Assembly (NCBI GenBank): GCA_025057335.1
Contig: JANWXG010000001.1
Coordinates: 1-37,983, forward strand
Length of the DNA: 37,983 nucleotides
From: a bacterium
GTDB taxonomy: Bacteria; Armatimonadota; HRBIN16
Direction of reading: 5' to 3'
Shown here one piece after another: positions 34,401 to 37,983 of the stretch. The notes beneath the pieces were generated by a model. That model was not told the DNA's origin. It saw only the letters and a program-made list of their open reading frames with translations, and searched no databases. Each line of letters opens with the position of its first letter. Positions within the stretch are counted from its first letter, which is position 1. The translations under genes and the position numbers were made by a program.

Positions 34401-34417
34401 TGCACGCTGTTGTTGCT

Positions 34418-34621
34418 CTACGACGAAGCTGGCTGCGGGGGAACCAACAGTCCTAACTGCTCCCCGATTTGCAGCGCTTGTTCCGCGTCGTGTTCGTATA
34501 AGGATAACCAGTATTGCATGTTGCGCCGACGAACGTCATCAATGGCGCTTACCGGAACGTACACCGACACCAGCTGCCAGCTTCGCGGGAACAACAGCGA
34601 CACGCGGCGCTCTGCCTCCAT
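34418..34621 (-). CDS. Small hypothetical protein (67 aa)
   Basis: ATG 34621 lies 7 nt after AAGGAGG on the minus strand, and a canonical terminator follows the stop. No family recognised (MEAERRVSLLFPRSWQLVSVYVPVSAIDDVRRRNMQYWLSLYEHDAEQALQIGEQLGLL...). Confidence 0.5.
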   Translation of the reverse strand: MEAERRVSLLFPRSWQLVSVYVPVSAIDDVRRRNMQYWLSLYEHDAEQALQIGEQLGLLVPPQPASS

Positions 34622-34743
34622 GCTACACCTCCTTTCCTGCATCCATTGCGCCGACACTCCCGCTCTTTTCTGACGCTCCCTCGCTTGTCAATGTTCCCCA
34701 GTATGGAGTAACACCAGAAAGGCGCATGAGTGTGCTCGCTTAC

Positions 34744-34752
34744 ATTATACCA
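34744..34752 (-). promoter_or_regulatory. Candidate extended -10 promoter (TGGTATAAT) for the small minus-strand gene
   Basis: The reverse complement of 34744-34752 reads TGGTATAAT. This would give a 5' UTR of about 115 nt. Confidence 0.35.
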
Positions 34753-34885
34753 CATATGGCTCTCCTCTGCAGGATGGGAAACAGGAGTACGGGTAGTGAG
34801 GCGACGCGACCTAGGAGACGCACCAACCACTGAGGAAGGGTTCGAAAAGGTCAACCCGGACACGACGGTTGAGCATCGCCCCCCC

Positions 34886-35645
34886 TGTCATGCTGAGCGC
34901 TAGCGAAGCACTCAGGGTAGCGATGAGACGGGATTCTTGGCTTCGCTCGAGCAGTCACACCCTCATCCCCTGTCCCCTTCTCCCAGTGGGAGAAGGGGGA
35001 GGGAAAGGAGGCGTGTTGCACGGTAGGTATAGGTATCAGTGTACGTCTTAGTGGCATGCGGTAGTGCGCCCGCGCCCTTCTCTCGCTCGGAGAGGGGCAA
35101 CAAGGTGAGGGGGATTCGCTGATCTCCAGTGTCGTACCGAGCGCTAGCGAAGCATCTTGGAGATTCTTCGCTTCGCTCAGAATGACAGAGCGCCAATTGT
35201 CATGCTGAGCGCTAGCGAAGCATCTCAGAGTTCTTTGCTTCGCTCAGAGAATGACAAACAGTCTGGAGGGCGAGGCTCCGTCCGAGCCGTTGCGACGCGG
35301 GAAAAGCGCACTGAAATGCGCACGACAAGCTTGCTCGTTTGTAGTGCAGGCTTCATCCTGCGAGGGGCGCAAGACGAATGTGTCCTGCCGAGCCGAAAGC
35401 GAAGCATCCCGAAGATTCTTTGCTCTGCTCAAAATGACAGAGCGCCCAATTGTCATGCTGAGCGCTAGCGAAGCATCTCAGATTCTCTTCGCTTCGCTCA
35501 GAATAACCGTCATCGTTCAGAATGGCGGGCACTGGTCGCGACGGAGCGCGCCCCTCCAGCGCTATCCTGCCGAGCCGACAGCCTGAGAGACAGCGAAGCA
35601 TGCGGGGAATGCAATGGAGGAAATCCTTCGCTCTGCTCAGAATGA
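34886..35645. repeat. Cluster of MITE/REP-like palindromic repeats, at least two families, filling a ~1 kb intergenic region
   Basis: Family B, core (T)GTCATGCTGAGCGCTAGCGAAGCATC...GATTCTTCGCTTCGCTCAGAATGACA, has copies at about 34886-34950, 35130-35186, 35197-35255 and 35449-35505. A variant, CTGCCGAGCCGA.AGCGAAGCAT...TTCGCTCTGCTCAGAATGA, lies at 35385-35440 and 35568-35645. An inverted pair of CCCCTTCTCCC....GGGAGAAGGGG-type hairpin elements lies at 34955-35005 and 35065-35112. Confidence 0.85.
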
Positions 35646-35688
35646 TAGCAAAAAGTAACACCGAAACCCAAGAAGGAGGTGCAACCCC

Positions 35689-37983
35689 ATGACACGGCTG
35701 TACCACAACCTGCTGTGCGCGGTGGTGAGCGTGCTCCTGCTGGCATCCTCCGCGACGGCGAAAATCATCTACGTCTCCCCCGACGGCAACGACCTGCATG
35801 ACGGCTCCTCGTGGGCGCGCGCTAAGCGCACGGTCACTGCCGCGCTGGAAATCGCCGCCTCGCGCGACGAAATCTGGGTGCGCTCTGGCGTATACCGGGA
35901 GCGCATTACCCTCAAAAGCGGCGTCGCGCTGTACGGCGGCTTTCGCGGCACCGAGAGGAGCCTCTCCGAACGCCCCGCTTTCCCTCGCCCCTCGCCCGAC
36001 CCCTACGAGACCGTGCTGGATGGAGGGGGCAGCGGTAGCGTGGTCACCTCCCCCGCGACTGCCACCCGCGCCTACCGATTGGACGGGTTTACGGTGCGAG
36101 GCGGCAGAAGTGATAGCGGGGGTGGGCTCAGGTTGATAGGTGCCGTAGCTTCGTTGCTTACAGTGGCAAACTGCACTATTTCTGACAACCAGGCTAGTTA
36201 CGGTGGAGGGGTGTATTGTGTGGACTGTTCTCCAGCCTTCATCAACTGTACCTTTTCTGGCAACAAAGCAAGTTCTGGCGGTGGGATGTATTGCAACAAT
36301 TCTTCCCCCACCTTGAACAGCTGTACCTTTTATAACAACATGGCGGGATACCAGGGTGGAGGATTGTACTGTTGGAACAGTTCGCCTACCCTTACTGACT
36401 GCGTTATCAGCCGAAACTCCCAGCATGGTGTGTTTTGTGATGCCAACTCCTATGCTCGCTTGACCGACTGCACCATCTCCGATAACACAGGGGCAGGAGT
36501 AGTATGTTATCTCGCGTCTCCTACGCTGACGGGTTGTACCATCAGCAGAAACCAGCACCGCTGGGACGGTGGTGGAGTGATTTGCACTCGTTCATCTCCC
36601 CGTTTGAGCGACTGCATTATCACAGGTAACACAACAGGTGGACAAGGTGGCGGAGTGCTCTGTCGTGAGTGGTCTAATCCTGTCTTAGAAAACTGCATCA
36701 TTGCAAGCAACACTGCCAGTCAGCATGGAGGCGGTGTGGCTAGCGTGTACTCCTCACCTACCTTGAACGGTTGCACTATTGCAAGCAACACTGCCAGCGA
36801 GCATGGAGGCGGTGTCGCTTACCTCAGCGCTTCGTCCTACCCACCTACCTTGAGCAGATGCTCTATTACTGGCAACACCGCTGGGCGAAATGGAGGAGGG
36901 GTATACTGCTACGATCGTTCGTCGCCAATCTTCGAAAACTGTGAAGTGAGCAGTAACTTGGCTGGCGAGAATGGCGGCGGATTGTACTGCTCTGACTGGT
37001 CATCGCCCAGATTGGTAGGCTCCTCAATTCACAGCAACGCTGCCACTCGGAATGGCGGCGGGATTCACTGTGAGAGAAACTCTACACCGACGATGACAGG
37101 CTGTAACATCGCCATGAATACTGCTGTCTACGGTCATGGGGGCGGGATCTTCTGCACGGACTACTCCTCGCCAACCCTTGATAGATGCGTTGTTTCGGGC
37201 AACAATGCCAACCAGAATGGAGGAGGGATATACTGCAAGAACGCCTCGTCGCCAAGGCTAACAGTTTGCACCATTGCAAATAACAGTGCCGCTACCAGCG
37301 GAGGGGGATTGTTTTGCTACTACAACTCTGAACCAGTTCTCAACAGATGTACACTTTCTGGTAACAGGGCGGATTACGGAGGCGGGATTTACGCTGAGTA
37401 CAGCTCCTCAACTCGCCTGTCTGATTGCGTACTTGCTGCCAACCTCGCTGATTGGCAGGGAGGTGGACTGTTTTGCTGGGACGCCTCCTTCTCTACATTG
37501 TTTTGCTGTACTGTTGTCGGTAACAGTGCGAATGCAGAGGGAGGTGGTCTATACTGCGGTGCGGATTCAGGGTTGGCTCTTTACAGCTCCATTGTTTCAC
37601 GTAACCGCGCCAACAGCCATGGAGGCGGTATGTACGCAGATGACACTTCGAGGCTTTCCATAGTCAACTGTACGCTGACCTATAATGAAGCATACGACTC
37701 TGCAGGGATATGGTCACAGGCAGTGTCAAGAGTTGTCAACAGCATACTCGCCTTCAACCGCGGCGGCGGAGTTCGCCTGCCCGGCGATGCGGTGTTCCGT
37801 CACAACTGTGTGTGGGGCAACACGCCCTACAATTTCGCAGGCGACATCGGCAACCCCGTCGGTATGGATGGCAACATCTCTGCGGACCCGTTAATAGCAG
37901 GGGGGCATCTGCTGCCTGGTTCTCCATGCATCAATGCGGGCACTGACGAATCTTCCACCCCACTCGACATCGACGGCGAGCCG
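35689..37983 (+). CDS. Secreted right-handed parallel beta-helix repeat protein (PbH1/pectate-lyase-fold, choice-of-anchor-Q-like), 5' 765 codons; continues beyond the window end
   Basis: Absent from the ORF track (no stop in the window); I translated it by hand and found no in-frame stop. GAAGGAGG lies 9 nt before ATG 35689. Signal peptide MTRLYHNLLCAVVSVLLLASSATA, then KIIYVSPDGNDLHDGSSWARAKRTV..., then about 20 coils of ...N.A...GGG(V/L/I)(Y/F)C...SSP.L..C.I..N... . The end reads HLLPGSPCINAGTDESSTPLDIDGEP. Confidence 0.85.
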   Translation, partial: MTRLYHNLLCAVVSVLLLASSATAKIIYVSPDGNDLHDGSSWARAKRTVTAALEIAASRDEIWVRSGVYRERITLKSGVALYGGFRGTERSLSERPAFPRPSPDPYETVLDGGGSGSVVTSPATATRAYRLDGFTVRGGRSDSGGGLRLIGAVASLLTVANCTISDNQASYGGGVYCVDCSPAFINCTFSGNKASSGGGMYCNNSSPTLNSCTFYNNMAGYQGGGLYCWNSSPTLTDCVISRNSQHGVFCDANSYARLTDCTISDNTGAGVVCYLASPTLTGCTISRNQHRWDGGGVICTRSSPRLSDCIITGNTTGGQGGGVLCREWSNPVLENCIIASNTASQHGGGVASVYSSPTLNGCTIASNTASEHGGGVAYLSASSYPPTLSRCSITGNTAGRNGGGVYCYDRSSPIFENCEVSSNLAGENGGGLYCSDWSSPRLVGSSIHSNAATRNGGGIHCERNSTPTMTGCNIAMNTAVYGHGGGIFCTDYSSPTLDRCVVSGNNANQNGGGIYCKNASSPRLTVCTIANNSAATSGGGLFCYYNSEPVLNRCTLSGNRADYGGGIYAEYSSSTRLSDCVLAANLADWQGGGLFCWDASFSTLFCCTVVGNSANAEGGGLYCGADSGLALYSSIVSRNRANSHGGGMYADDTSRLSIVNCTLTYNEAYDSAGIWSQAVSRVVNSILAFNRGGGVRLPGDAVFRHNCVWGNTPYNFAGDIGNPVGMDGNISADPLIAGGHLLPGSPCINAGTDESSTPLDIDGEP

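Noticed and set aside
35353-36558. 401-aa minus-strand ORF, the longest listed ORF in this region
   Set aside because: It is antisense to the beta-helix gene, which has an RBS, a signal peptide and a regular repeat architecture. Its translation is Arg/Gly/Pro/Ala-rich with no motifs, and its 3' part runs through intergenic palindromic repeats.

Overview
GC-rich (about 60% by eye), densely coded bacterial chromosomal segment with strong GGAGG-type ribosome-binding sites and many 4-nt start/stop overlaps. Most genes are housekeeping: mreB (partial), lpxK, mnmG, groES, a TrxR-like gene, eda, aroK-aroB, rpe, ribD-ribE and dapF. lpxK, a secretin and a PEP-CTERM protein point to a diderm. A PASTA Ser/Thr kinase and two families of palindromic intergenic repeats fit a deep-branching, thermophile-like lineage such as Armatimonadota or Chloroflexota, but that is inference only. 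The stand-out region is 19.6-26.4 kb: a pilM-pilN-pilO-(PilP-position gene)-(secretin N-terminus paralog)-pilQ operon followed by aroK-aroB. All six of its proteins carry glycine-dominated low-complexity inserts or tails. These include a secreted protein ending in 104 residues of (GGYGGFG)n and Met/Gly/Pro tails on PilN, PilO and the PilP-position protein. Other notable items: (1) a glutaredoxin-like/groES/TrxR-like operon whose reductase lacks the canonical NADPH-binding motifs; (2) a stand-alone HisKA domain gene; (3) a large Cys-ladder beta-helix gene running off the 3' edge, absent from the ORF track and with an internal GC drop; (4) two repeat thickets at 15.2-15.5 kb and 34.9-35.6 kb. 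I found no tRNA, rRNA, CRISPR array, transposase or recognisable defence genes. All functional calls rest on motif and family recognition by eye; no database search was run.
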